NCBI RefSeq assembly: GCF_964204645.1
Contig: NC_134033.1
Span: forward strand, 12,966,655-13,030,654
DNA length: 64,000 nt
DNA from: Tubulanus polymorphus
Taxonomy: Eukaryota; Animalia; Nemertea
Direction: 5' to 3'
A program made the translations under genes and the position numbers. How positions within the stretch are numbered: the stretch's first letter is position 1; each line of letters opens with the position of its first letter. Below are positions 1 to 14,800 of the stretch, piece after piece. The notes under the pieces were generated by a model. It had not been told where the DNA came from, searched no databases, and was given only the letters and a program-made list of their open reading frames with translations.

Positions 1-3000
1 GGAAAGCGATATTCAACGTTATACAATGACATGATTGATTATCGGGCTATGATTGCATATTAACGCCGTTTATGTACGGGAAATTGTACGGCGAATTGTC
101 CATCAATTATTATATTGCGTTGAGTATAAACCGGTATAACAGAGCACCGCGACGCGCGTGCGCCGCCAGAGACCGCCGCATAATAATCATCGACCAGTTC
201 ACAGCGAATGGTTGGTTTACCAGCACTGTCGAGTGGTGCTCAGAGCGATGGAAAAAAATCCATTTTGAAATATGTCAAATTCGCTAATGAAATAGTACTT
301 CACATACAGTCGTCTAATTGACGGTAATTTGCATACTTTTGCACACCCGCTAGATGGCGTTTATCGCCGGGGCGGACCCAAGGTGAGAGTGCATCCCGTC
401 AAAGTGCCTAAGTCAAGTTTCCCTGAAATTTTACGGGAAAAATGAAAAATATTAAACCGATACCCAAAAAAGTTTAAATTCATTAGTCTCTCTCTCTAAT
501 TCCAAACTTAATGTTTTCTAATGAGCTTTTTTCGGGGTGCCCTCTTTATTATATTATAGGGGTGCATCCCTGAGTCAGACCCTAGATCGGCCCCTGATCG
601 TTACTGTAGCATCCAATTATATAAGTCTAATGGGCATATTTCCTAGATTGCGTCGAATACTATCAGAATATATATCAAAATTTTAGAGGATTAGCCTTCC
701 GAAGTTATTTAGATCAAACTTCTCCAAAAGCCGGGATAATTCTATCGAATACGGTTGTTTATTAAAATGTTTCATTTGAACCTGTCCAGTCGTAATGAGT
801 GTTCTCAGTTATGATTGGTTGATTTGTTTAGATTTCTCGTAATACGGATCAATCACAGGTGACGTCGTTTTTACATATCATCAAGAAATCACTGATTCTT
901 ACTTCTTGTCATAAACCATTTTTTTTCTTTTTTAGTTTCCGTTTATTTCATTGTTTGAGTTTTCGATCTCTTTTGATAAATTGCTTTAACTTTTATTCGT
1001 CTTTCATCTTTTAATCACTCGCTTCTTTCCTTTGTTCTATTCTTCCATGTATATCCTGCAATTATATTCTATGTCTCACGATGGCCATTAGAATAATGAA
1101 GACAAGTCGTAGCTCAATGTAATCAGCTGACATTTCGTCTTTTTTATTTTGCGATTTTCTTGGTACAATAGAACTTGCTTAAGATTTTTCAATGCGGATT
1201 TTTACTTAATTCGGATGAAATATTTGGTCCACTTAACCTATGGAAATGTGTAAACTATCATTCATGATTCGTCGGATTTTACTTAATTCGAAGAAATCCC
1301 GACAATCCCCCAGTCGTCCGAATAAAGTAAGTTCTACTGTATTTATCTCCTCGTTCCCTTTTTAGTTGCGTTCTCATATTGTGATCGAGAAATTTCGCCG
1401 AAATAGCAGCTACTTCGATGCGATGATGCTCCCGCAGAAGTGATGCGCGTCCTTGGAATGTCAACAACGTCGAACCCTTCCTTGCCCATTAATATGTGCT
1501 AACCGGAAATACCTAGCTTCAATCATTTCGAATCTTTGTGCCCTATTATGGAATGTCATATCGTCGCTTCGCCGAAGCGATTTTCACTTTGATCAAAGAC
1601 AGTTTATGTCTTCAACTGTCTGCGTGTGGAGCTTGTTAGTATAATTGAGACGTTCGTTACCGAGAACGAAACGATGCTCGGATTTCCGCGTACCTCCTTT
1701 GTCAGATATATTCTCGAATCTCTGCCTGTAATTCTAACCCTTTTTCGTTTGAAATCTAACCTCTAAATACCGGGATAGACATAGGTATACCTCGATAAAT
1801 CGGCCGATACCGACTTACTCGGATCCAGGGTCGGATTAGATCCGAGCTGGATCCATATAGAAGGATATCGATATCGGGAGGTACCGGATTCTCCGTAGTC
1901 ATTGCTTAGACCGTCTTAGTTCCTTAGCCAATCCTACAACTAAAGGCCGGTCTTAGATACATAAGACCACTCTACATGTCTCGAAAATTGGAAGCGGATC
2001 CAGAATCAAGCTATGTCCTCGACTGTGAATTATTCTCCAGAGCAAGAGACATTTCGTTCGAGGCTGTCGTTTCAAATTATTCATTGTTTCAATATTTCCG
2101 ATTTGAAAAATTGATCTTTTGTTGTTTTTGTGCTTAAATGTGGATGGTTGTGATATAAAGCATCATGACTTCAAGATGCCTCTAAAATGCATCTAGCGGG
2201 CTTCGTTTTTTAAAAATCTGGAAAAACCCTACTTGTTCTGGGACCATGGGTCCTACTTTATATAGTGCCCTCACCCCTAAAGGAACTCCTGGATCCGCCC
2301 CTGGTTTAGCAAGATATTTTTGTTTCGTGCAGTAGGAACAGTGCACTAAAACGTGACAAAAACATGCGACTCTTTAGGCCATTTACCGCGTGAATGACGC
2401 GACATTTCTTCGTGAACGTTCTCCAAATGATGACGTATTATCAATACGCAAACGACATTCTTACCGAGAAGCGGGTGATTTTTAAGAGGGTTCGAAACGT
2501 GACGGCTGCGCGCAGAAAGCAATTTTCCTACCTGCTAACTTTCTCGCTAGATCGGAAAATTGCTTGTTTTGTCCGCATCGTAAAGGCATATCGTCCATTT
2601 TGTTCATTAAATACAGCACGCCCGATTAACCATAAGCGCGCCGGTAAATCAACAGATTCTGATACGCGACGGTCGAATCAGTGAGCGCGTTCCGATGTTC
2701 TGCACGCTAAAATACCGGAAGCGATGTTAGAAATAACACTGGTGACTGGTCAACACTAATTCACGGTACACAGCGCGCACGAATAACAAACAGCCATCAG
2801 CGTAAAGAACACTGAACCAAAAAAAGAAATGACTTAAATAAACTGGTGAAATGAAAGCGTTCTATTTTCAAGTAGAATAAGAATTTCGTTATAAAGTAAT
2901 TCATTTATATAAGACCTTAATCTATGGTGGCTGATTCGGGCCATACTCGCGCGAATATTCCAAGCCTTTTGCTCAATTCTAACTCGGGGTCATAGTTTAT

Positions 3001-3179
3001 TTTATAGTTTATTGTTTATCTCTTCTATACGGTTAAGCATTGGGTATATAAAAAAATCTTAACTCTCTGATCAAACTTAAATTGATTCTCAAAATGCGGA
3101 AATATAACACACTCTTAGAATGTTAATTGCGATCTTATATATCAAAAATGGTGATATTAACTAGAATGAATGACCGCAA

Positions 3180-3275
3180 ACACAGACATCCCAATGATAC
3201 ACAGACATCCCCATGATACACAGACATCCCCATGATACACAGACATCCCCATGATACACAGACATCCCCATGATA
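3180..3275. repeat. 19-bp tandem repeat (ACACAGACATCCCCATGAT), ~5 copies
   Basis: Unit recurs directly at 19-bp spacing. Confidence 0.95.
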
Positions 3276-4265
3276 TTAGGCGTCTTGTTTATCATATATA
3301 CATTCGGCGCTCTTTCCGAGAATTCTTGTATCGTCTTCTCAAAAAGCGGATAACAATATTTCTTCTCTTCATTGTGCGAGATTGGTTCCAGTGCTTTCTT
3401 ATTCCGTCGATTCGATTACCTAGATTGTCTTTTTAGATGTCACCAAATTCGTATCGCATCCCTAGGTATCCGACGACACCGATCTGCGGGTATATATGTA
3501 TGTGACCAGAGCGATAGACATTATTATTAGGTATTGAACGCACATGCGGCGGCAGCCGCGGCGGCGACTGAGTTATTTGATGTGCATATCTATGTATCGA
3601 GAAAAACCGGATGCAATCAAAGAAGTGAAGATGGTTTCCATTATTATTGTCTATGAAATACTCAACTCATAGGTATGTAATGTACGTACGACCACAAGAA
3701 GATGTTTTTTTGCGTGGCAAGAAAACTCAAGTGTCTTCCAAATGAACGTGTCTTCGATCGGGCTGAATATTTTAGTTTTCAAATGGTCTCGTATCGCTAT
3801 TGTGAAGTGCCATTATGGAATTATTTTTTGGGATCAAATTGAACACAAGGCTGAGGCAAATCAACCTGAGGCACCATTGAACTGGGTTCGCACTCAAATA
3901 AGCCGCACACAACTTTAGGACTGTTCAAACCAAACACTGACGACCCAGAGTCACATTAACCCCACGACTGTGAAATTTCGTCCATCAGAGCGAACTTAAA
4001 CTCGCTGTTAAATCATAACCCACAGATACGATACTATAGGCCCGGATAGTCGAGTTGATATGAAATAAACCAATCAAAATATTTCACTCTTTGAAGATGA
4101 AGATCTGAAAAACTTTCAGGCATTTTCTTCTGAATTTCCAGATGGAGTGTGGACCTCAACGAGCCATTGAAAACAGTTCTCTCGTGATAATAACCTCCAC
4201 TATCTCATCAAGCGCCTTAGAGCTTTTAAGGAATTAAGCGGTGTGTAGGTTTTAAACACTGATAC

Positions 4266-4266
<1 letters not shown>

Positions 4267-4317
<51 letters not shown>
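4267..4317. repeat. (GAT)17 microsatellite
   Basis: Perfect trinucleotide run. Confidence 0.97.
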
Positions 4318-6774
4318 AATGACAAACAGTTAAACAACGAGAGAGCTTGGAGAGTTAAAATCACGAAATTCCGACGACGACGTGAGACTCATCGCTCGCC
4401 AGACGAACCGTGCAATTTTAATGGCTGCTCCGATCGAAACGCGGAATTCAGCCTCGAGCTACGGCAAACGTTTTACTGTCTTCCTATTTAAATGTTGATC
4501 GGGTTTACACGCTGGTTATTTAATAACCCTTTTGCCTGTACCTATTACGGTTAATTATAATTTCATACCTGCTCGATTCATCGCCGCCACCGGCGATAGT
4601 TCTCGCGCGCCGCGCAAAATGTCGCGTAGCCACCGGAGCAAAATTTATCGTTTATCGCCTGCTATTGGATTTGAAATGCCCGGATTATTTCAATCCCGTG
4701 GAAAAGCATTTTTAGATCGTAGGTCGTTGAGACTGTATTGTTGTATCGATGCGGATAAAGAAACTATCAACAACTAAACGAGAAGAAATGAACTGTCGAA
4801 GGAACTGCCCTGAAATGAGTAGTGTCATTACGCATTGCGGGTGATAACGCTGCCTTCGCTACTATGTATTCGCATGCGGTTCAGGGGACTGTGTTGCGAC
4901 AGTGAGGTGGAAACCGAGGATGAGCTGACGTCGACGGTCACCGAACACCGGGCTATTTCGAATGGGGTGCCCACCGGGACAAAAATGGCCTAAGTTTCAA
5001 TGCAGCGGTATGAAATTTAACAGTATACATCTCGAGACTTTCGGGTGAAATGCGGCAATAAAACCAGGGGAAGACATTGACAGGACAGAACTGAAAAGGG
5101 CATATACTTAAAAAGGGCAACAATTTACTAAAGTATCGACGCAGCCAAAAGAACGGTCTGGAAATTTTAAAATTTCATTTATTTGCATACAATTTCGAGG
5201 CACTTGAGGGACATTTTCTTAAGAGAACAATCGCTCAATCATGCGCTGCAGACTGCTGTCAGTCGCGGGTGAAAAAGTGCCCTGAAAAAGTAAATTGACA
5301 TTGCATTTTCAAAAGGGCACATTAAGAGAATTGTGACGGGTACACGTATGCTCTTTTTGCTCCCGTCCACCCCTGAAAACAAAACAAAAAAACCCACGCG
5401 CTACAATGCGTCATGACTAATATTCATTACTTTCAATCGTAGAAAACGCAAATGAACGCACCGCACTCGCAACGCACCGCAAGATGAACCTGGTGCTGCT
5501 GGGATTCGGTGACTTGTTAATCCAGCGGCTGTCGTCGTCTGACCACGAGAAGATAATACGACGGTGATGCGAAGCATACTGTAAATAGATTGAATGTCAA
5601 CAGACCGAATTACCAATCTCTCGCTCGCTCGGTACTGGCTTCTGATATACACCATGTCATTCGTTTGCCTTGAAGAATACGAGTATGAATTTACATGAAA
5701 AGCGCACAGCAGCATATACTGGAAGCAGCCGACAGTACGGTTGAGTCGTTGTTTAATCCTCGTACGGCCAGCGCGCATATCGCTCAAGTCAGTTTGATTG
5801 GATCAGCGATATCTTCGAGGTGACAGCACTCCCCCCTGCGTGACACCCTGCACTACGTTTAACCCTGGAAAATATATTAGTTAACCGATGTATGACAAGT
5901 TTCGAGTTTGATCGATCGGGCAATAGTTTGTTTGTCGAGTTTTATGTCATAATTTTGTCGTCGCCGGCACCGAGCGCGGTACGGAGCGTATTCTGACCGG
6001 TTTTATACCACGAGATTCCGCGAGGATGTTTAGGTGTCCAGGACTGTACGCTTCGAACCCTCGAATCTTGTCAGCTGGTGACAGCCTACGTTCCACGAGA
6101 CGTGATTGATGTTCGTTTAATTGCGTCTCGCTGGTGGCGTGTTTTCCGCTCGCAAATTTTTAATTTCGTGTTTAATTGAATTCGAAAAATGCCGTTACGG
6201 AATTCGAAATTTGATTCCGCGATGAAGTTCCCTCGTCTCTCGTAGACAAGGAGTTTTTTCCTCAATTTCGTTCTGAAGGCACCCCCAGTATCGAGTTACG
6301 GTTGAGCTGTCATCGGTAAAATTTTCCCGAGTCGAAGAAAATGCGCTAAAAGATATTAATGCCGTAATAAAAAATAATCATTACGATAGCTATACAGCCG
6401 ATGTTGTAAATGCAGCCCCGCAACGCCAGTATGACACAAACGCAGCCATTGACAGCTTTTCGAATCCTGCTCGAGTGTGCGTCGCAAATTCTAATTTAAA
6501 TGTAAATGAATGCAAAGAAAGAGAGTAAATCACCAAGGTTACATTTCTTGTTTGAATAAACAATGTTGATTCGAAAATTTGGAGGCGTGCATGTGAAACG
6601 AAGTCTTCTATGTTACTTTTAAGTATTCAAATGAGAACCAGCCCGAATCCCACCTCCCCGCCCCGAATACGTGTTCGCTGCCGTCATCAAGGACAGGTTA
6701 AACGAGTTTGCCTTTGAAGGTCGGAGGATGTGCGTGCGACAAGTGTGAATTAGAGCCCACACATTTCCCGATTT

Positions 6775-7117
6775 AACTTCACTGAGAACCTTAGTGTCAG
6801 TGGTATATCGCTAACGCGACCCCTGTGGTTCACGCGAGCTCTTTAGTATATAGGCAGTATACGGAGCTCCGCGAACCGGCCATTCTCAGGACTGGGTGAA
6901 GATTTAACTAGGCCAACACGTAGTTACCGTTTGCAAAACAGTGCACCGATAGAAATAGAGCAATCCATGGACTTTAAAAAATAATTTTTAAATGCCTTAA
7001 CCCACTGAGCGCCACGCAATTTCCAATGGAAAAGAGAGTGTCGCCACCAGGGTTCGCAACTATAAACCCTAGATTGACGAGACCAGTGACGGGTGCTAAT
7101 CCACTCGGCCACTGCGC
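6775..7117 (-). mobile_element. tRNA-derived SINE-like element (degenerate)
   Basis: Minus strand begins GCGCAGTGGCCGAGTGGATTAGCA (Pol III A-box), followed by a B-box-like GTTGCGAACCC; 3' boundary approximate. Confidence 0.55.
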
Positions 7118-7653
7118 ATCATCTAGACCCTGCAAATGAATTTAAAGTCTAAATCTTATCCCACTGACGATGTTGGTGTAGTTGAGATATATTACAAAAA
7201 AATGATACACCGGGCCCGTGCCCATAGGGGTGGTTCGGGTAGCGAACAATGCACCTCGGTAATCAAAACCAACTTTGGAAATCGAATTTGAATCGGAGAA
7301 TTCTCGTTACCACACGTAAACAAACACTGCTCTCATATCTTAAAGACATAACGCAATTCGCCAGGTTATTAAAACAGTCCATCCCAGTGATGACAGAAAT
7401 TTTGGTGTAGTTCAGATATCCAAAAACAAACATCTCGGTAAACAAACTATCATTAAAATTCGTGAATTCTATAATGATAATGACGGTAAGGTTCAGACAT
7501 ACATATGCACCTGATGTCGAGTCGTATGCCCTCCCCTAGCGTACACCGCTCATTTACCGCGTCCTTTTATCGTCGTATCATGTGTCATAATTAGCGACTT
7601 TCGCTGTTGACCACCACCACACTTATTAGGCGCATGTATTTTAAGATGCCATA

Positions 7654-7667
7654 GTTTCCATGGTAAC
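7654..7667. promoter_or_regulatory. RFX X-box motif GTTTCCATGGTAAC
   Basis: Near-perfect match to the palindromic RFX consensus; function untested. Confidence 0.4.
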
Positions 7668-8754
7668 GAAAAAATCTGGGTGGAGGAGAGACGACCCGGA
7701 AAGTCGACTCGTCGTGTTACTCGTCGTTGAGACGCAAACGACGTCGGCTTTGCATTGACGCATCGCGTATCGCGTCAAAATCTGCATTCTTACGACGCAG
7801 ATATACTACGACTACCCGGTACTACTATATACGGGAAGGAGAAAATTCCGACGAGTTTCTCGAACGGGGAATTGCGTTCAGTATCAAAATATGCGATCTC
7901 TAGACTGGGGCGTCACCGGGCATCACCGGCTATCCCGACAGATGGCGTGACTACGTTGTCAGTCGCAAGAGGGTTCGAGTCCTGCTGACTGCTTACAGCG
8001 TAGGCGGGCAACACTTCAATGGCGGCGGTCCCGTCTTGGGGTTAAATGAACAATCCAAATAGGGTTCAGGCTTGGGAAAGATCCGAACGACGTTCAGGCG
8101 AAAACAGACTAAAAAACGTAAAATTTCGCTCCAACTTTCAAATGGATTTTTAAGAATCCCGAATGAAAATATCATTACCAGCCTAGGTCTGAAATATTAT
8201 GTATACATGTATTTATAATCCGTGAAAACGAACGACTGATCGAATGATTTTGGGTTGGATACGTTCGATGAGCCCGCACGATTCGCGAATATATTCTCCC
8301 CCTATAAACTGCCAGCCGAGATCGAGCGTTCCGTAATCAAATTCGATGGAAATAAAATTTCAATCCGGCTGATCGAGTTGAACAGCAGATTAGCGCCGAT
8401 TCACTGTGCCTTATTATAGAGACTCGATCTCTCGTTACAGTTTAAGGCTATAGTTTCGAATAAATCAATTTGCGCGTACATCTCGTATACACGCGCGCGA
8501 CACAATACCCTTGAGTGAGACTTTTAATGAATAAGTAAGTACGTTTTAGAGGCGGTCAATACGACATCAGTCGGCGTCAAATAACCGCTGAGAAGAATTA
8601 TATATGTTCACGTACTATAGCTATCGATTCTTTCGACTGATAGTAACAGTTTATCTTATACCAACCTCGCCCGGTAGGGATTCGAACCTGATGGCGTTGT
8701 GAGGCATTACCGCGTTACGTGTACGATGTCGTCATAATCAGTCAAATGGTATCT

Positions 8755-8895
8755 ATAGACTGGTTGCCGATCTCTACCTGCCGACTGGGATATATGGGAT
8801 TCTATTTCTAATTGCAGATAGAGACTGGTAACCAGTCTATCTACCATTCTAACGGCGAATGCAGGTGGCACAGAATTGGACAGGCACCCAGTCTA
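8755..8895. mobile_element. Composite small MITEs with TAGACTGG termini; relative at 23654-23733
   Basis: ATAGACTGGTTGCCG...CCAGTCTA inverted ends; internal sequence shared in reverse orientation with 23654-23733. Confidence 0.55.
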
Positions 8896-11800
8896 ATGAT
8901 ATGTATACCTTCTGCGGCAATGCTCTATCTTACGCGAATCCCAAACTCTAATTGGTCGGTTTCCTATATATACATACATTATGATCCAATCAGAGTGGGT
9001 TTTAGATTTGTACCTTTCATATACACTCTGGCCAATGGGAAAAGATGTTACTTATCCATTTGTCTCATTGAGCATTCATATAATACAACACAGTGCACTA
9101 TATTACAATGAAATACAATAATTTACATAAATAATGAATTACTAGAAGAGCACCTGCTTCTAGCCAATCAGAGAGGGCGTCATATTTACATCATGCCATG
9201 GTTACTGGTTCTGACTTCGGCAGCTCGTATTTCCCAAAATTACGATATTATATTATGATGTGTGAATGTTGACGCATCAGCGGCGTATAATGCACGGTAC
9301 ACCGTCTGCGGGTCCCTGGAGTATCGGTAACGAGGTGAAAAAGCACTCTGTATTCAAGCGGCTCGGTTCAGAGCTCAGTAGGATACGCATAATACATCGA
9401 ACTCGACTAGTCTGCCTGCTCTATTAGGCAGTTCGTATCATTTACCGCGCGTCAAAAGAAATGTGATTTACTTCGTAATTTTGTCGTTAAGAAAAGGAAA
9501 TGAAATTCCAAAAGTGTAATGTGAAATTGCGCACGTTTGCGTCGAAGTAATGCTATATGCGGTGCTACTTAATGGCAAGGTGACAGGCTGCAATATCGAG
9601 AGGTGCCACAGACTCAGGAAGCCGCCATCTTTTACCTAATGATCCTAAATTGTATCGACACAAATTGCGTTATAAGACACAACCCCAGTGCAGCGATGAG
9701 GTGTCGCGCCATTATATTATTGGCTTTCCTCCAGTTGATTAGGGTTGAATTTGATCGGCTGGGTGTTACTACGAAAAAGGGAGAGAGAGAGAGAGACTTT
9801 CGTCTCGTGTCGACTCGGTGACATTTCAAGGCTGTCCTGGTGACGTGTGTCTGGCGGGTGGTTATCGTTTAAAGGTAGAACTGGCCATATCGCAGATTAA
9901 GTTTGTTAGTTTCACTGCAGGGGTTGCTTTAACCGCTCGACAATGATTGCCTTTGATCACTGTGAACATGTTGATTGAGGCTAGCATGTGTAATTAGCGT
10001 TGTACTGCGCGTTACGGTGACACTTTCCCGATTGTGCGGCCATCGGATTTTGCCCCGAGACCAGCTGGAAATAATCAATGCAACGAGGAAAAGCGGCGGT
10101 AGCCATTACAATCAAAACACCTCGACAAATTCGATAAATCGTGTGCATTAAGGGAACTGTTTAAAGAGGCGTAGGCGTGCGGGTTAATTCGATTCTAACC
10201 GGCGAGAAGACTTTTCCCATTTGAAGTAATGGAGTACAGGCACACCAGCTATCCTATCAGATGGTGCCACTTAGATATCACACGAACATCATTTTCAATT
10301 AACTTTAAACTCTATTTTCGGTCTTCAGATCAAAAAATTAGGCAAACTCTGATTAATCTTAAAAGATGTGGCACAATTTTCGTACATCATGCATAGCATT
10401 TGAGAAATAAGTGTTTGTCGAGTTTGTGAAGAAATCCAGCGTTGACGTCATATCGTACACTAGCGACGCCTGGTAGATTATGGTGGATCCCGCGTTGACG
10501 TCGTACTGTACGCTATAGCATATCTGGCGGATTATGGTGGAATTTTGCCTGCCACAGTGTAGCGTTGCCGTTGTAGAAGTTCGCCACAACCGAAATGCCG
10601 AAAATGCATGCGCATTTACCTATGCATGGTCACGTAGGTTTTAGTTTTACGAAATTCAATCCAACAACACCATCTTATTCGACGACACTGGAAAAGCCAA
10701 TATCGCAAGAGAGCTCCGTAAAATAAACAATGGCTAGCCGAATGAACGTTTTCGCTGTGCAAATAGATAACGAGCCCCGGTTTCTAAGAAAAGTAATATC
10801 CATAACGATTTACATATACGATTCTGAAGAGGGGACAACGATAATGAGTCGGTATTAATTTCTGTGCCTGTGAGCGCCGTACGGACGCGCGAGATCTCGT
10901 TGGCGCAATTATCGAGTCGTAAGATGACGATCGCCGATCGGTCTGCGGCGCATTGCATCTAATAGCCGTCTCCTTAGCCGGAATCTAGTAGCCGTCTTCC
11001 GCGCAAGACTCTGAAATAATGCAACACACGTTTATAGGCTTACTACGTCGATTTGAATCTTGTTGTTGCGGATGGCTTTTCGATAACCGATCGACAAACG
11101 AAGCAAAGAAATGCGGCCACATTAGTTATATATAAATCGAATATGAAATATCGCCTAAACTCAACGTTTGTCTTCATATAATCATATACCGCCGCTTTCG
11201 ACATTACGTGGGCTATTTTGATATGCCTCGACAACACCTACACGTATTCAATGGGATTCATGATTTATAAGTCTGGTCTTATACGAGGCAGCGTAATTCG
11301 ATAGTCCACCCACTCATCGGATGAACTTGCATGATTTTTGAAGATAATTCAACCTTGGGGAAGATTTATTCATGCCACGATTTCTTCATGATTGCGACGA
11401 TAGGTATACATGGCGTCATAACGGATCGGATTTCCTTTGCAATTTCTTCCCAACCTGCCAAACACGTTAAACAGTGGCTACCTGAAAGTCCAGATATGAA
11501 GTCTAGAAGCTCGCCGCACACGGCAAAACGTTCGTTTCATCAAGAAAAACGAAGAAAACGTTTTGGGTCAAAGTTTGACCTGCAAATGATAAAACGTTCA
11601 CCGCACAAAACATAACAGCGCGCAGCGAAAACTTTTTTCGCGAGGGACGTTTTCTTTCCTTGCCGTTTGTTGCGTGCGTTGTGGGCTGGTAAGATGTAAT
11701 GAAACAAACTCGAACTCTTGTCTCCGTAACTGGCCCGTGGATTGTCGGTCATTCAACGATTCGACGTATCTAGATTCTGATTCAACGGACCAATGGATGC

Positions 11801-14800
11801 GTACATCTTGTATACCACAAACTCGGTATACAGATTAAATTCCTAACGCGCAATCAGTTCTCCGACGTGGTTAAAGATGTCCTCGGCGCGTTGGAGAGCT
11901 GAGCGAGGACGATTTTTAAATCTTCAGGGGATTAAACGATACGCCGTAACGATACGCCACACGGCGAACGCCCGCTACAGCGAAGAACACACCGGATGAT
12001 AGAAAATATGGCGGTGAAGAGAAATCAATCACTCTTCAAAATTGCGTTACGTGACCCCTCCATCTCACGCGCCAAGTTCATCTTGTTCATAATAACAGTT
12101 TTATCCATGTATTCGGCAAAACCATATGAATACTTTCTATTTGTTTTCCTAGCCAGTGTTTTGTCGTATAAACTGTTCGTTACCGATATTTCTATGAAGT
12201 TCTGCAACACTCGTTTGTTTGTAGATGACGTTACAAATTATTTATTTATATACCCAACGATTTACGATTCGTGATAAACTCAGTGTTAGCCTCGAGGTTC
12301 AGATGTGTATGTTTCTAAAACTGCGATACGTTTACATTTTACAACTTGTGAAGAATCAGTTGATAATTATAGTTCAATGTTGACTATAAGTATATATAAT
12401 TTTGTTTCCACGTCGCCCGGGAAATGTCTCGATGATCGGTTCGTGTATCTACGCCTTCCAGAATTATAGGCTAGGAGCAAATCGGTCCCTAGCAGCATAA
12501 ACTGGACAAGAAAATTCTATGTTTTGAACATCATACTTAATGATTCATTCAAATCATCATCAGAGAAATAAACTCCGAAACTGATAAGAAATAACTTATT
12601 ATTAGACACCAACGGTGGGTTTTGCTTAAATCTGAATACTGAGATCTATATCATTCTATAAGTCAACTTTTGTAACGAGCTCACAAGGCCAACATCTAAC
12701 TTCCAATTACAGAGTCTAGTTACCATACAAATACCCTAACCATCTCCCATAGGAGACTGGCCAGACGACAATCCCTCACACTTCCATATTCTCCGTCAAG
12801 TCTTGTAACTGCAGATTATGTACAGAGGTTTCGAGGACGGATCCTTGACACGATGCTGTCACGGTCTCTTGCCAGTTCTAGCAGTGAAAGCGAAGATCGT
12901 TTTAAAAAATGACATTGTCCTCTCTGAATGTCAATAAAATGAACATGTATATTATGATATTGACACAGTAGTATAATATGTAATCTGCACGACTAGCGCG
13001 TATGTATTGTAGCTAACGGGCAGGATCTAAATTTAAACATAAACGATCAATTCGACGACGATGCGAAATTTTGTTCGCCTAGAGGTTTGGCACGTTCACT
13101 TTTTCGAAGCGCTCTGATAAAATGCGCTCGAGCAATCCCAGTCGATGTGTCATATGTGCGTAAACGTACACGAAAAGTGATGACGCAATGCACGTGATTA
13201 GACCTTTAAAACAGTCAATGGATGAGTTATTTCACTGGATGCAGGTAATAAGAAAATGTCCAATTTCAAGTACAGGTCGAATCTATGCGTGACTTTTTGA
13301 ATCAACTGCTTTTTGGTGCAATTTCCAAGCAATAAATGAAGTCCTGGTGCTATGGGTTTTCTAGAAAATTTACTACATTAAGATGTACAGTTTCCAGACG
13401 ATAAAGATGGAATCCTGAAGAATGGTGTACTGGTGCGCCTTTTGTTGAAAATGATCGGCCTCGTCTTGTAGAAATGTGCCCCTTTCTACTTTTGGGATTG
13501 ATAGGGACGACTGAATGTACCTACAGTGCTTACCTCTGAATCCGCACCTTATTTGTCACTTTTATGGTGCTCATTGTAAAGTTCGATATAGATTTTCCCT
13601 AAAAGATGCCAGTAGCTAGTATAGCTCTAGTAGCTGGTAATCGGCGGCGTCGTATTCTCGTCGTATTCTCGTAGTTTAACGCGAGATATCATCGCCATGT
13701 ATAACAAACCGATTTCCATTCTCGTCTGCAACAGCTTGAACAATATTACTGCGCGTTTTATTCGCCGCGCTGTCTATGTACACAGCACAAATAAATGACC
13801 GCCGTGACAGTTCCGATGATAAACGACGCCGCTTCATTTGTCCTCGGTCGGGTCTTATATTGCTACGCAGACAATAGCCCGATCGCGTTCGTTCGTCAGA
13901 TAATATTCCCGGCTCATGATATTAGAAAACGGTACATATATTGTATGAAAAACGATGATGAATTGCCTCTTATAGCCTTTCACTCCGCTCAGACTCTACA
14001 ACGCAGCCATTCCACCCGGTGCAAACTTCGGTTCTCGCGGTTTTTGTCGACCAATGGCCGGTGGTGATGACCGAACGCACTATAGTTCGGTTTTAACGCA
14101 TTTCGCATTGTGTCGGCCATCTTAGAACTAGGTCTGAACTACAGCGACCGTGCTCAATCCTGTGGTCAACTATTTCCGGACTAAAGTTCCAACTAACTGA
14201 CATTCGGTTTCACTTAGGTCGCAAATAGTTGACTATAATTGCAGGCTAGACTGATATATAATTACACTAGTATTTTCGAAACCTGAATTGTCAGGCAGCG
14301 AAAATAGACAGATAACCATCATCAAGTGGAAATAAGCATACAAAAAATAAATGCCTCCTAAAATAGCCAAATTAGGAAAAGTCTTTATCGACAATCTCAA
14401 AAGTGGAAAATCTAATATGATTATGGCATCCATGCACAAATAAGCATCACCAGTCAGAATTTAACATACAAAAATACGAAACTCATTAGGTGGAATATAG
14501 CATACAAAAAAATTCTTGGCATATGCAAATTAGGTCTTTAGATCTTAAGTCTTTATAAACATTGTTTGCTTTCATAAGTCTGAGTAAGGACGAAGTCCAT
14601 GGTCTTAGAACATAATATGATTATGGCATCCCTGAACTGTAGCCTTTCGTATAAAACTCTATTCTCCGCGGAGTCCTCGCTGTTTATGCTTACGATGTAC
14701 ATCATGTTTTTTATTATTCCAATAGCGAGGGAATATTTGTTGATGGTGCTGGACTCGTCGTAAAACCGTGACGTAATCCCGGCACAACATAAGCCGCTAA

